Positions 38,186 through 51,749 of a DNA stretch of 64,000 nucleotides are shown here, one piece after another (the first letter of the stretch is position 1; the number at the start of each line of letters is the position of its first letter). The notes beneath the pieces are model-generated. The model was not told the origin of the DNA and ran no database searches. It saw only the letters and a program-made list of their open reading frames with translations. The position numbers and the translations under genes were made by a program. The DNA comes from Octopus bimaculoides (lineage: Eukaryota). The stretch covers positions 36,222,931 through 36,286,930 of the forward strand of contig NC_068987.1 in NCBI RefSeq assembly GCF_001194135.2. Reading direction: 5' to 3'.

Positions 38186-38630
38186 AACAGTACCATACAG
38201 TAATGTTTATGTTCCAACAGAATGTGGCAGTCATATAAAGGACGATGTTACTGCTGTTTTAGCCACAGGAAAACATCTTTTCCAGCTGACTATCAAAGAG
38301 CGATGACATCCCTTGCAAATGCAATACGGATACAAACCGTGTGTCGATGGACAGCTTGAAAAACTTTTGCAACTATTTGCAAGTGGAGAGAGCTTTCGTC
38401 ATGAGCTTTTGCTTGTTTCACACACAGGACGGATTACATCCAGAAATTTAGGTCTTTGAGTATCATGTAAGGCTGGAGATGGGAGTAATGACCTCCCTTC
38501 CAAATGCTATGCGGACACAAATTGTATTCCGATAGCCAATTGGAAAGGATTTTTTTTCTGGAGCTAAAACAACAGTAACATCGTCCTTTATATGACTGCC
38601 ACATTCTGTTGGCATATAAACAGTACCATA
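38186..38630. mobile_element. foldback/MITE-like element, ~85-bp imperfect inverted arms, 12-bp direct flanks
   Basis: CCAACAGAATGTGGCAGTCATATAAAGGACGATGTTACTG... at 38214 is inverted at about 38530-38612. AACAGTACCATA at 38186-38197 and 38619-38630. Confidence 0.7.
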
Positions 38631-39200
38631 TATATATATATGTGTGTTTGTGTGTATGTATGTATGTATACATAATATATATATGTACATTTATATATAT
38701 GTATGCGTGTACAGAGGTATGTCTGTGCTCTCTTAAGCGTGTATGTGGTCTTGTACATTGAACTCTAAATGGCTCGTGGTATTAATCTACAACTGGATCT
38801 TCATGATTGAAACCATAAACTTGTAATAAATACCCGTTTTACGATATTCACCCACACATTCTCATACGTCTTGTGAATGAACATCCAATTAACAGCACTC
38901 TTAAATTTAATGAATAAAGTATCCGCACACTTTCTCGTAAAACATGCATATAGAAACCTCAACTGATCGCGCACACACAAATGTAGTGATTTTACCTTCT
39001 CCAGATACGCGCACGCACATACAAATAACTTACATACACAACTACTCATACAGAAATGATTTCAGGCACAAGTATATATTTGATTTTATAATACAAATAA
39101 AATCGTTAGTAATAATATAAAGTTTTAAAATTGGATAAATGATATTTAATTAAATTTTCGGTTGGAAATTCTATTTCCATTTAATATCTATGATCATTAA

Positions 39201-39386
39201 GGCAGTGAGCTTAGTAGTATTTCATTAGCCATTATACCCTGAGCTCAAGTTCCGCTGAGGCTGACATTGTCTTTCATCTATGTCGGGGGTGGTAAATTAA
39301 GTACCACTTGAAAACTGGGGTCCGTGTAATCGACTTACCTTCTCCTTCCAACTTACTGCCCTTGTGGCAAAATTTGAAACCAATAT
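39201..39386 (+). mobile_element. tRNA-derived SINE
   Basis: Homologous to 19596-19812 with a shortened head. Confidence 0.8.
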
Positions 39387-39429
39387 ATATAACAATTCTA
39401 TATTTTAAATTTTCAGATAAGTACATCTT

Positions 39430-39612
39430 GTTTTATATTCTTTTACACGCTTCAATTATATGACTGCGGCCATGCTGGAGCACTGCCTTAAAGGGTTTTA
39501 GTCGAAGAAATCGGCCCTAGGACTTATTCTTTTTCAGCGTAGTACTTATTCTATCGATTACCCTTAACGAACCGGTTAGTTAAGGGTAATCGATAGAATA
39601 AGTACTACGCTG
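39430..39612 (-). mobile_element. SINE (second subfamily) with a perfect 34-bp hairpin
   Basis: Homologous to 25767-25899. Arms 39535-39568 and 39579-39612. Confidence 0.8.
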
Positions 39613-42600
39613 NNNNNNNNNNNNNNNNNNNNNNNNNNNNNNNNNNNNNNNNNNNNNNNNNNNNNNNNNNNNNNNNNNNNNNNNNNNNNNNNNNNNNNNN
39701 NNNNNNNNNNNNNNNNNNNNNNNNNNNNNNNNNNNNNNNNNNNNNNNNNNNNNNNNNNNNNNNNNNNNNNNNNNNNNNNNNNNNNNNNNNNNNNNNNNNN
39801 NNNNNNNNNNNNNNNNNNNNNNNNNNNNNNNNNNNNNNNNNNNNNNNNNNNNNNNNNNNNNNNNNNNNNNNNNNNNNNNNNNNNNNNNNNNNNNNNNNNN
39901 NNNNNNNNNNNNNNNNNNNNNNNNNNNNNNNNNNNNNNNNNNNNNNNNNNNNNNNNNNNNNNNNNNNNNNNNNNNNNNNNNNNNNNNNNNNNNNNNNNNN
40001 NNNNNNNNNNNNNNATTAAATTTAAATTTCCACAATTTGTTTTCCATGCTTAACTTTAAGTTGAAAAAGTCGCAAAGATGTGTACTCTGGAGTAACCTGG
40101 AACATAATTATAACACTTATTACATAAACTTTTTTCTTAATATTAAGGGATAAACATGTGAAACCTGCGCCAGGCATCGTTGAATGGTGTTTAAATCGCT
40201 TAGCATTAACATTCTCGGTGACATGAGATTTCAAATACGATCGTCAATGTAGCTTTTGTTTAAAGGAATTCAAGGATAGAGTAATTGAAAAGAATGTAGT
40301 GCGATGGTGTATATAAGATACAAATTATATAGGTTATGATGGGATATACGAAGGTGAGCTGATATGATAACGCAAGTGGAAAATATCAATAGTTTTCTTA
40401 ATGTAAGTCACTTTGGGCTACGCAAAAGTAACGATAAATTGAATCAATATCGGGAATTAAAGTAGATATCCTCACAATATGATGTGAACGTGAAATATGA
40501 CAAATTTTAAAATTAAAACATGTCTGATATGAAGTTCTGCGTTGTAATCAGTTTAATTCTGTGACCTCAAATTTTACCAGCACGTTATTCTTTAAAAGAG
40601 CACGATTCAGACGGCGCTGTTTTTTTCTTTTACTTTTTACAAATACTTGCTATATTCCATATTACAAACTAGAGAACTACAAAACAACATCACTTCGAAA
40701 TACATGGTATGCTTCATGATAATAGACAAACACAATTTTGGTATTCATTTGAATTTCAAAATTAAATGGTTGTATTATATTCTAATTAATTACCACAAAC
40801 AGTAAATTAATTTCTAGAAAAAATATTGATAATAGAGTATTACATTTCCAATCACATGACAGCGAATAACAGAAACTTAATTCATATTTTCAAACATTCT
40901 TCCCAATATGCGCTTAATAAATAAGTTAAATTAAAATGAGATAATAATTATGTAACTGATACTATAATGCTAACAATAATCACCCATCGTCGGGTGAAAT
41001 AATCAGATAGAAATATTACAACAGAATGAATATTACATATGCAATGACATTCTGTTTATTCTTATTCGCTATTTCTTTATTGTAATGTTTTTATAAATTA
41101 CAATCTTCAGAGATTTTATTTTCTCATTCTTCAAATCAAACCTAGCGCAGTCGAATGCTTAAGCTAAACAGTAAATAGACGGTCAGGATCGGATTAAAGT
41201 GCTCGATCCCACGTTAAACAATTTCAGGAATTATAAGCAGATCTATTCGTATTTTAATCAATTATTTAAATTTAACTCGATTATTCAAAAGAAGGCTGAC
41301 TTGTGAATTAATATTTATCACTAGATGTCATGAAAACAAATATACGTAATTCTATATTAATGAGGCTGGTTAATTAATCAGCTAGTTTATGCCGGATTTA
41401 TTCTGAAAAACAAAAAGGGGGGTGCCATGGAAATGCATCGCAAGGTTTTATAATGGGACTCTTCATTGAATGATTCTGTATTTAAAGGACATTTTATAGA
41501 ACAACTTTTCTTTGATGCCATGCTTTATAAACAAATAAAATATTATTTCTATAAAAAAAAACTATACGTATAAGAAAATTTGATAATAGAATAATTTTAA
41601 ATACAAATTAAAAACTACAAATTTTGAATATTCTAATATATTATTTTGCAAAATATCTTTATCGATGCAAATAATATGAATATAAAGTAATTTTCATAGA
41701 CACAGGCGTCGCTGTGTGGAAAGAAAACATATACGTGTGAGTAAAAATAAATTTGAACGTAAGTTGTCAATGAATTTCTAAATGTAAAACGCAAGAATGC
41801 TTAAATATCCCACCTACCATATCTATTGATATATAGATATATATATAAGATGAGGAGGAGTTTTAGTAGTAAGATGTCCAGTTGGGGAAGAACCGACAAT
41901 TAGTCGCTTACGAAGAAGTCAGTAGGTATAAGTCAAAGAAGAGGAAAACAATTATTTGATGCCGGACTATGCCATTTAAATTTATTTAGTTTCACACGAC
42001 TCAATTTAATTTAAGAGAGTTAATGCTGAATCAACGTAAGTAGAATTAATAAATATAGTCTCTTACAGCTGTTTCAAGGATGTTTCAAGTACTAGATTAT
42101 AATATTGTTCCAAGGTTCCATGTGTTGGGTATTCAGTGATCAGAGAAATATAAACAGGAAATTATAGGCAGGAACATGCGTTGAAGATATATTTGCAGTT
42201 AAATACGCACCTCAAAACAAACCATAAGTTATAAAAATGAATTTACATATAATTCTAAGTATCTCAGTTGAAACTATGACATGAATGTCAAGTCTCAAAT
42301 CATTAACATCCATTTCATAGATGTGCTCATTCAGAGCCCATACGGCTAACTCAGAAACTCACTGAGTACAAACGGCAATAATCTGTACACTAGTGTTTTT
42401 TATCAATGAATTTCATGGATTCAGATTTCATAACTCACGTTTTATTATTTGAAACAAGGTGTTTGCTTATGTATTGCATCAGTATTCAGTCATTAGAAAC
42501 TATTAAGGTGTGAAAGAAAATTATATCAGCTAACACATTTTCAAGGTTAAAGTGTTCATTGAAAAATGGAAATGCGTACACGATCAAGAATAGAGTCTGG

Positions 42601-43197
42601 AATAGAAAAATTCTTAAATGCAGCATACCTAGAGATTAGACGGAAATTGAATTATCATGTAGGAGAAAGTCACTTTAGATGAATTTGTTGATAATGCTGC
42701 AACTCTAATCATTGACTTGCACTTGTTGGCAGTGCAAATATAGCGCGTTATTGATAGCGTTGATCAAAATAATTAGCTGATAAATGTGCACCCTATCTCA
42801 TATCTTCGAGTATTCAGTGCCCAGTACCATATGTATTGCATTGCAACACGCTTTCAATCACAGACACTAACACACAAGTACAAACACACGCTTACACACA
42901 CTAATGCACATATACGCATATAAGACACCTATCTATTTACATATGTGTTACATGGTAACACATATACATTTATGTATGTAAGTTAGGAGCGATAGTGGCG
43001 TCAATTACACTCAGAGATTTCAGGTAGTGTTAAGTAAGTGCTAAGGAAAGATTATAGTTAAGCTCCAGGTTCGGTAATTATACGTATAAGGGGTCAAACG
43101 TAGGTCATATATCAGCCTGTGAATATAAGGATTTACTTTTTGTAATGAGATAAAAAAAAAAGGGCTGAATATAATATAGAACATTTATAAATAGATG

Positions 43198-43244
43198 GTC
43201 TTACAGTTGTTTCCAGGATATTTTTATATCCCTTCATCGGAGAC
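43198..43244 (-). ncRNA. degenerate minimal type I hammerhead ribozyme (PLE-type)
   Basis: gtct-CCGATGA-agggatat aaaa atatcctg-GAAA-caactg-TA-agac. Stems I and II pair and the cleavage triplet is GUA. It carries U4C, an A-G mismatch closing stem II and a broken palindrome. Confidence 0.55.
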
Positions 43245-43992
43245 GGTGTGAGAGGATAGCTGAGCAATAGTTAGTTTAGATAAGATAGGAAATAGAGAGT
43301 AAATGTAGGGTTAATGTATTTGCAAATCCATTGTTTTGGCAGAATGGTTTACATATAAGATTCCAATACCTTGTGAGTAAGATCAAATAGTCCTAAAGTT
43401 TGGTCGTTGCCTTTGTAAATCCATTATTAAGTTTCCAATACTCTATGAGTAAAATCCAACCGTCTTTGAAATTGTTCATTCCAAATACAGATTTTATACA
43501 CAGTGTTATTGAATCAAGGGTTCTGTTTAAAGTGACCTAAGAGCAAAGAATTTATTAGTACGGTCAAATCAAAAACAGGAGGAGAGGAATATAGAAGAGG
43601 GGAAAAAAGGAAGAGAAGAATGAAGAAGAGGAAAAAAGGAAGGCGGGGAGAAACAGAGGAAAATGGAAGAAGAAAATAATAAAAGGAATACAAAAATAGA
43701 GATAAGGGAAAGTGTACCAGAATGTTCAGTGAATATAATAAGAAGGTAGGAACGGCAGGATAAGGGTGAAAGAGGGAGAAATATATTAGAGTGTAGAAAG
43801 ATAGAAGAAATGGGGAGGTTATGGAGAGAGAGAGATATAAATATTTAAGGAGTTTCAATTGTAGTGGTCGAGTCTAAATGATGGGGTAGAGAAAAGAAAT
43901 AGGATGTTTGGACAGGTCATTAGTAGTGGTAGTAGAATACAAACATGTGTACGTATGTATGCATTAGACCTGTACATTTATACATATATATA

Positions 43993-45016
43993 TGATGGTG
44001 GGAGATATCGTCTCCTTGTTTTTCTAAAATGTACCATAAATGTTCGATAATATTGAGATCTGGGGACTGTGGGGGCCAGATACGATGTTCCTCGTGCCAT
44101 TCAGTAGCAATTTTAGCTGTGTGAATTGGTGCATTATCATCCTGAAAGATTGTTTTTCTCTCTGGAAACAGTTTCGCAAACATAGGATGAAGTTTATCAG
44201 ATAAAATGCTTCCATAGTCTTGACTATTAAATTCTGCTATAAAGGGAGACCATTGGGCTGGCGGATTTCCAAGATATAACCCCCAGATCGTCACAGATCC
44301 TCCTCCAAGTTTAACAGTTGGAAGAAGGCAGTCTGAGCCAAATGATTCTTTTGGCTGTCTCCACACGTATACTCGACCCTTGGTCGGAAATAATGTAAAG
44401 GATGACTCGTTCGAGAAAATAACATTCTTCCACTGCTCTGTAGGTTTTTAGTCCACTCTAAACGCTTTGCAACATTTGTTTTTGAAAGTAGTGTTTTTCT
44501 AATTGCAGCCCTCTCGTGAAATCCGGCTTTGTGCAGCTCTCGACAAACAGTTTTTGTGAAAACTGAGTTCTCGAGGTGATCATTAAGTGCTGCAGTAATT
44601 TTGTGATCCTTTCTAACCATTCGCCTAAGATTCCGACGGTCCATATCTGAAAGTTTTGGTTTTCTTCCGGAGTTTAGCTTCGACGAGAAGGTCTTTCCCT
44701 CTTTCTCAAATGCTGTCATTACTTTCGAGACAGTTCTTCTTGATACACCAAACATTTTCGTTACGCTAACGCCTGCCATACGAGAACCAACAGTTTGAAC
44801 TCTTTGAAAGTCCAATAGATCTGTCATTTTAATGAATTTTAATTACCTTTTTCTGATGTTATCTGAAACGAAACAGCAATTTTAGTAAAGCATCTTAAGC
44901 AAAACTAATAATAAATCAAATAACATTAAAATAAAGAAGTTTTTGGCGGTTTTATAGATATTTCAAAATTATGATGCTATGATGCTAGGTGTTTCCGTCA
45001 TTTTGTCCATCACCTG
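43993..45016 (-). mobile_element. Tc1/mariner transposon, same family as 9159-10312, one TIR, frameshifted transposase
   Basis: TIR CAGGTGATGGACAAAATGACGGAAACACC with TA at 45017. ORFs 44827-44291 and 44366-43920: PTVKLGGGSVTIWG, FQDDNAPIHT, WPPQSPDLNIIEHLW. Confidence 0.92.
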
Positions 45017-45425
45017 TATGTATGCACGTACCTGCGTATGTATGTATGTGTGTATGTATGTATGTATGTATGTATTCAATCAGTTTCATTTCTATATCTC
45101 TTGTCCATAGAGAAAGAGACAGACTCTAACATAGATTCAAGGCTCTTTCATTGGAACTTTTATCAACATCATCTAGGTATTTGTGCATATGTGTGTGCAG
45201 TATTTGGTGTTAGTGTATGCGCAGATTTGTATGTTTGTTTTATGGATGCGTTTTTATGTATATATTTTCATGTCTAGATGCATGCATATGTATTTATGTG
45301 CTAAATTTTTGGAAAGTTTTACATATATTTACAGTTCCATTGATGGCTTGAATTTGTAGTCTTCTATTCAGCCTTTTTCTTTCAGGTTTTGAGAATGTAT
45401 GTATGTATGCATGTATGTATGTATG

Positions 45426-45456
<31 letters not shown>

Positions 45457-47740
45457 GCATGTATGCATGTATGTATGTGTGTATGTATGTATAAAGCCGA
45501 ATGGTGACACGTGTTTTTATGAATGCGTTATCATTATTTCATATTCTGCTTGTAATAAATTAGCTGGAGTTTATTTTAGCTCTACCCAATATGCATCTTA
45601 TTTATTCATTACTTCCCTTATAGTCTCCCATAGCTTTGAACTTCAGACAGAGTTTCTTTCACAGAAATGTTGTTTACATAAAGCTACACTAGACGTTTGG
45701 GACGGAAAATCGCTTTCTCAGCATTTTTTACTTTCATATAATGTTGATGTTACTTTCGATGTAAAACGTCATTACAGTGAGGTTACTAGTTGGGAGTGTT
45801 TCTGAAAAGTATGCTACAATTTAATGTGTTATCAGGTGAGTCCGAGCATCAAACCTTCAATTGTACTAGAATACTACAACAAACAACCTTCTGGTTAGCT
45901 TTAAGCAGACATGATCAGATAATAGTATCTACTAAACGAAACTGAAGCACGTTATATATATATATANNNNNNNNNNNNNNNNNNNNNNNNNNNNNNNNNN
46001 NNNNNNNNNNNNNNNNNNNNNNNNNNNNNNNNNNNNNNNNNNNNNNNNNNNNNNNNNNNNNNNNNNNNNNNNNNNNNNNNNNNNNNNNNNNNNNNNNNNN
46101 NNNNNNNNNNNNNNNNNNNNNNNNNNNNNNNNNNNNNNNNNNNNNNNNNNNNNNNNNNNNNNNNNNNNNNNNNNNNNNNNNNNNNNNNNNNNNNNNNNNN
46201 NNNNNNNNNNNNNNNNNNNNNNNNNNNNNNNNNNNNNNNNNNNNNNNNNNNNNNNNNNNNNNNNNNNNNNNNNNNNNNNNNNNNNNNNNNNNNNNNNNNN
46301 NNNNNNNNNNNNNNNNNNNNNNNNNNNNNNNNNNNNNNNNNNNNNNNNNNNNNNNNNNNNNNNNNNNNNNNNNNNNNNNNNNNNNNNNNNNNNNNNNNNN
46401 NNNNNNNNNNNNNNNNNNNNNNNNNNNNNNNNNNNNNNNNNNNNNNNNNNNNNNNNNNNNNNNNNNNNNNNNNNNNNNNNNNNNNNNNNNNNNNNNNNNN
46501 NNNNNNNNNNNNNNNNNNNNNNNNNNNNNNNNNNNNNNNNNNNNNNNNNNNNNNNNNNNNNNNNNNNNNNNNNNNNNNTATATATATATGTATATATAAT
46601 GTAAATGCAAAAAATAAAAACAAAACACAAAGGATTCTGCGGTACACGTGTTTCAAGCTTTATAGTTGTTACATCAGTGTATAATTGGCAGTATAAAGCT
46701 ATGTGTGTGTGTGTTCTTCGCAACAGCGGATACTAGTGCAAGTCCACTATATAAATTACATCAACAACACAATAAACAGAAGCAAAAAAAGCAAAACTAG
46801 AATAAGGAAATAATCTGGTTCAATTCTCCTTCAACATGCAAGTCTCTTTCACAATGCCTGTTCTTTACTCAAAATCCTTTTAAAACGTGTTCATTCCAAC
46901 CATAATTAATACAAGCTAAATAAGAAACACAATCAACGCGTAAATGTCATTCTCCACAACTAGCTATTAGATATCTAGGAAATTGTAACCACCTAAAATG
47001 TTCAAAACAGGAGAACGAAACACATATCAACTTCAGCTGCATTTCATCCTTCGCCAAAATAGATATTGTTCCACAAATAACTTTACATAAACGTAATCCG
47101 TAACCACTAACACTAAAACATCAGCTTCAAACACATATATAACAAACCAATCTAAGGAAGGAAGGAACCAACACAAAAATATATTTCGTTATAGGAAAAA
47201 TGGCACTTCACTATACAAACATATTTTGGACATTAAAGTTTTAAAATTTGCCATTTAATATCGATTACAAAATATCGGCGAATACCAAGCAAGCAAAGAC
47301 CTTACCAAATCTGTACGCTGAATCCTATCAAACACTTTCTTGTTTAATTTCCAAATACCTAACTATATTTCGCGGATAATCTCCTGAGGCCAAAACAAAC
47401 TATTCAAAACTAATATATTTCAAACATATAAATTCTCTAACGGCTAAGGATGACGATATCTCTCTCCACCTACTCATTTTCTACTATAGCTTACTTATGA
47501 AGCGAAAAAATATTCTTTTACTATTACCATACGGTGCGGGTCTCCACTCAAAATGTCGACTACAATTATCTAAAAGTAATATAACTAAATATGAAATCAT
47601 GTGCATTTAATTCTGCGGAGCAAAATTTGTGTAAACGTAGTTGTGCCACTGCATCTATTTATATGGACTTATGAATATACATACACTACGCCATATGGGT
47701 TAGTTTAAATTAGGCTGTAGATAAGGATAGGTAAAAGCTC

Positions 47741-47741
47741 G

Positions 47742-47801
<60 letters not shown>
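47741..47801. repeat. (TAGA)n microsatellite
   Basis: Directly visible. Confidence 0.95.
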
Positions 47802-47802
<1 letters not shown>

Positions 47803-48226
47803 GGGTGTGCACAGGTATATGGGTCAGCGTGTGTATATTTGATCATTTACCGCTATATAAATGTGTGCATATATATATATATATATATGTACCTATGTAA
47901 ACGAACGTGTATGATCAACACTGAGTATAGATTAGTGTATGTGCTGTTTCAGTGTGTAATTATGTTTATGTGTGTCTGTGCAAGTGGTCGAATATGTGTG
48001 AAAGTATGTATATGTTCGTTGATATGTACGTGTCGGTATGCATGTATATGTATATGTGTGTGTGTATGTGCATATGCCTTCTTATATAAATGCATGCATG
48101 GATGTATATGTACACGTGGACATATACAATTATATATGTAAGCATATAATTCTATACACATATAGATATCTCTACATACATACGTACATACAGCTATACA
48201 TACACGCGTGCGTGCACGTATACACA

Positions 48227-48266
<40 letters not shown>

Positions 48267-48590
48267 TAGTATACCTTGATGCGGTTCATTTTATGAGGTA
48301 TTATACGCACGATTCTGTTCCCAACCTCATTTCACTGTAATCGCCTTATTCGAATACGTAAAGATTATATTTTCATTAACAATATAGGATGATACCAGAA
48401 AATGATTCATAATGGTTATGGAGCAAGCGAGAGCAACTAAGCTAGAAGCCAAGAGGAGGAGATGAGTAACAATAAATCCACCGCTGCCCACTTAAGAACG
48501 GGAAGTTGTTAAGTTTTAGGGTTGAAACACCCAAAGGTCTATCAATATACTGTGATGATATAAACTTCTCTTGGTCAAAGTTATACTTAC

Positions 48591-48644
48591 CAAAGGTGGA
48601 TGAAGAAGTGGTTTCTTTTTAACAAAAAAATCATTCTCTACTGA
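48591..48644 (-). CDS. candidate small exon
   Basis: tttgctaaatttcag|TCA...TTG|gtaagt. 54 nt open, SVENDFFVKKKPLLHPPL, phase 0-0. Confidence 0.3.
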
Positions 48645-50522
48645 CTGAAATTTAGCAAATAATGTATTGAGTTTATTGTAGTTATATGAAATTTCATACG
48701 TTTTGTTGAAGGATACAGTAGATTGCTCTAACATTTGCGGTTACAAAGGAAGAAAGACCGCAAAGCTCCCTCGTATTTTACAGGTAATACACTGATCAAA
48801 GTATTAGTCTTAACTCTGGAAATATAGAAGCTAAGCTGGTAAGATAAGAGATGCAATGTCTATTAGAATATATATAAATAAATCTATATCTGTGTGTTTA
48901 TGTGTCTATACATATATATACATATGCATGTACACTCACACACGCACATACACACATACATACATACATACATACATACATACATACATAATAAATACAT
49001 ACATACATATATGCATACATACATACTCACGCACACACCTATATACATGTATATGCATACATTTATGAATATGTATTGTTTAATTTACGAGAATCCTTTC
49101 TACCTTGAAGGGTTTGCTTTCGAACGAGGATATGTATGTTTATCTCTTAATATGGCTGCATGCATGTTAGTGTTTGTATGCATGTATGTATATCTGTGTT
49201 TGTTATGGGCGTTTGTTTCTGTGTGTGATTGAAGGTATGCATCTGTATAGGTTTTGTAGATCGATAACATCATACGATTTTGGAAGTACACAATGATTCG
49301 ATTTTAATTTACATTAAATAATTGCTAAACAATGTTTTCTAAGTTGCGATAACAATTCCATGAAAATCTAGAACACTACTATAGTTTAGTTTAAAAGGTC
49401 CATACTCTCTTTTTCTCTGCTTAACTTTTTTTATACTTTATTGCCAATTCTAATCATTCTTTTCACAATTTTCTTTCCGATTCCATTTCATCTCAATATT
49501 ATCAATTATAGATACTTTTAAAAGCATTTCTTTTTTCTGGGTTTATTTTCATTATACTTTATAGCTTCTTATTTAATAAATCTTTTAGAAAAATTATTAT
49601 TCTATTAATCTATTGTGAAGAATCCAATTATAGAGCTTTGGTATTGAAATAAATATAATTTCCCATTCTGTTTTGACAAAACATCTAAAATATATTTCTT
49701 TAAATGAATAAATGTGCTGTGTTCTCCTAATAAATATTCACATATTCAATTAGCCATAGAATAATCTTAAAATATACAGCAACTCAAGACACTCTGTTAA
49801 CTAATTCCATTACAAGCACTTACTAAAGGAATTATAAAATGACTTTTTATGTTTTACATTTAACGTATGGAGGTATATTTACAAATTGATTAACGGGCTT
49901 CATATTTATAAACACATGCATACACACAAGAAAGACAGAGGGAGCTGGCTACCTATAGATATGTTTCTTTATTACCCACNNNNNNNNNNNNNNNNNNNNN
50001 NNNNNNNNNNNNNNNNNNNNNNNNNNNNNNNNNNNNNNNNNNNNNNNNNNNNNNNNNNNNNNNNNNNNNNNNNNNNNNNATCTTTTTAAGAGGTAATGTC
50101 GTATATCAGTTAGCAATACTTTCACTTCAAAAGCTTGTGTAGTAAGGTAATTTAGAAGCATTTCATTGATAACATTTAAAACAAAAATTATAATTACAAT
50201 GATGTATAAGAATCAGCAGAAAATATAGAGTCGAGTCTGATACGACTGAAATGTCACATCCGTCGTTTATCGTTATCTTAAAAATACAATTATATTTCTA
50301 TACACTCTCCATTTCTTGGAAAATTACCTTTGTTCAAATATTCTTTGATCCCCACCCAGACATATCAGTGAAACACCTCCACGCTTTTCCCCCTTATTTA
50401 ATATTCAGATTTTTCAAACAACAAAGAAATTCTCTTTAACATACACATACATACACACACACACACACACACCACCACCATCACCACACACACACTACAC
50501 ACACACCACACACACACATATA

Positions 50523-51660
50523 TACAGAGCGCGTAAGATATTCGAGGATATATCTATGTTTATAGAAAAAACATTTATATGATAACAGATAATAACTTTT
50601 ATTTATCAAAAAAGGCTATGCAGGTAAAAATAAACCTTTTCTATAATTTTACTCAATAAACGTACCTTCAGCTTCAACAACTGCTTCTATATGAGATGTA
50701 AATCATCTACATGCTCGAATCAAGTGGTCCTGGTTCATTTTAGACATTACTCTGGCCATGGTGTTCATTGACCTCTCGTTCTACAACGCTCCACTAGTAA
50801 TAGGTCAACGGATTGAGACCTGGGGAATTAGAATGCCAAATGTTCGGGGTTATTTTCAGCCATCTATTTCTGTGTTACTAGAGCCATATGTGCAGAGTCG
50901 AGTCTTACTGACATACATATGGCCTTCCATCGCATACACTGTCTATCCAGGGCTTAACAATTATTTCCAGGACCTCAGTGTAGGCAGCAGTGTTAACTCT
51001 AAGGCCTTGTGGAAAAAGTAAAGAGACATCACATGTCCTTCATTTCCGACAACCCCTAAAACCATGACAGTTGCAGGAAATATTGTATGCATAACACTTA
51101 GAACTTCAGAAGGGTCTGCACGTAACCATCTGTCATATCTTGTTAACTTTTTGATCTTCGTCGAAATTTTTCTCGTTTGAGCAAAACCCAAACAAATCTT
51201 CTTCTGTATTTTTCAGGTTAAGAGCCTTTTAAATCTGATGTAGTGATTTTTCTGTTGCTTTTTCTGACAAATTTACCATTCTTCATCATATAAGACTTGT
51301 GTCGTGGACAACATTTCTGCCTGTTCCTTCTGACACATGGAAATAATTTGCCACTGGAATTTCTGGGATTGTAATCGATGGTCTGTTGAGGTTGCTGGAT
51401 ACATTCATTGTTCTTATGATTTCAGAGCGTTTACAATGCTTTTTATGCTTTGATACTGGTGATCCGTTTCCATCTTCAGTCTCTCTAGCCCCTTACAACA
51501 TTTGCAGACGAAAGATCTGGCAACTTTTAAAACCCGAGATACTTCTAAATCACTATGCTTAGCGTTTATAACCACAATAACAACATGCCTCTTCATTTCT
51601 TGAGTAAGCGGAGGGTCTGCTATTATTATTTTCTGAAACAAAGATTATACAGAGTTAGCA
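50523..51660 (-). mobile_element. maT/DD37D-like Tc1/mariner transposon, decayed
   Basis: QEMKRH...SDLEVSRVLKVARSFV; RYDRWLRADPSEV..MHTIFPATVMVLGVVGNEGHVM; YVCQ*DS; SNSPGLNP...WSVVEREVNEH; IEAVVEAEGTFIE*. The 5' end is probably in the gap. Confidence 0.85.
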
Positions 51661-51711
51661 NNNNNNNNNNNNNNNNNNNNNNNNNNNNNNNNNNNNNNNN
51701 NNNNNNNNNNN

Positions 51712-51719
<8 letters not shown>

Positions 51720-51749
<30 letters not shown>

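Noticed and set aside
45389-45805. 138-aa plus-strand ORF
   Set aside because: One quarter is microsatellite; the remainder is unrecognisable and of chance length.
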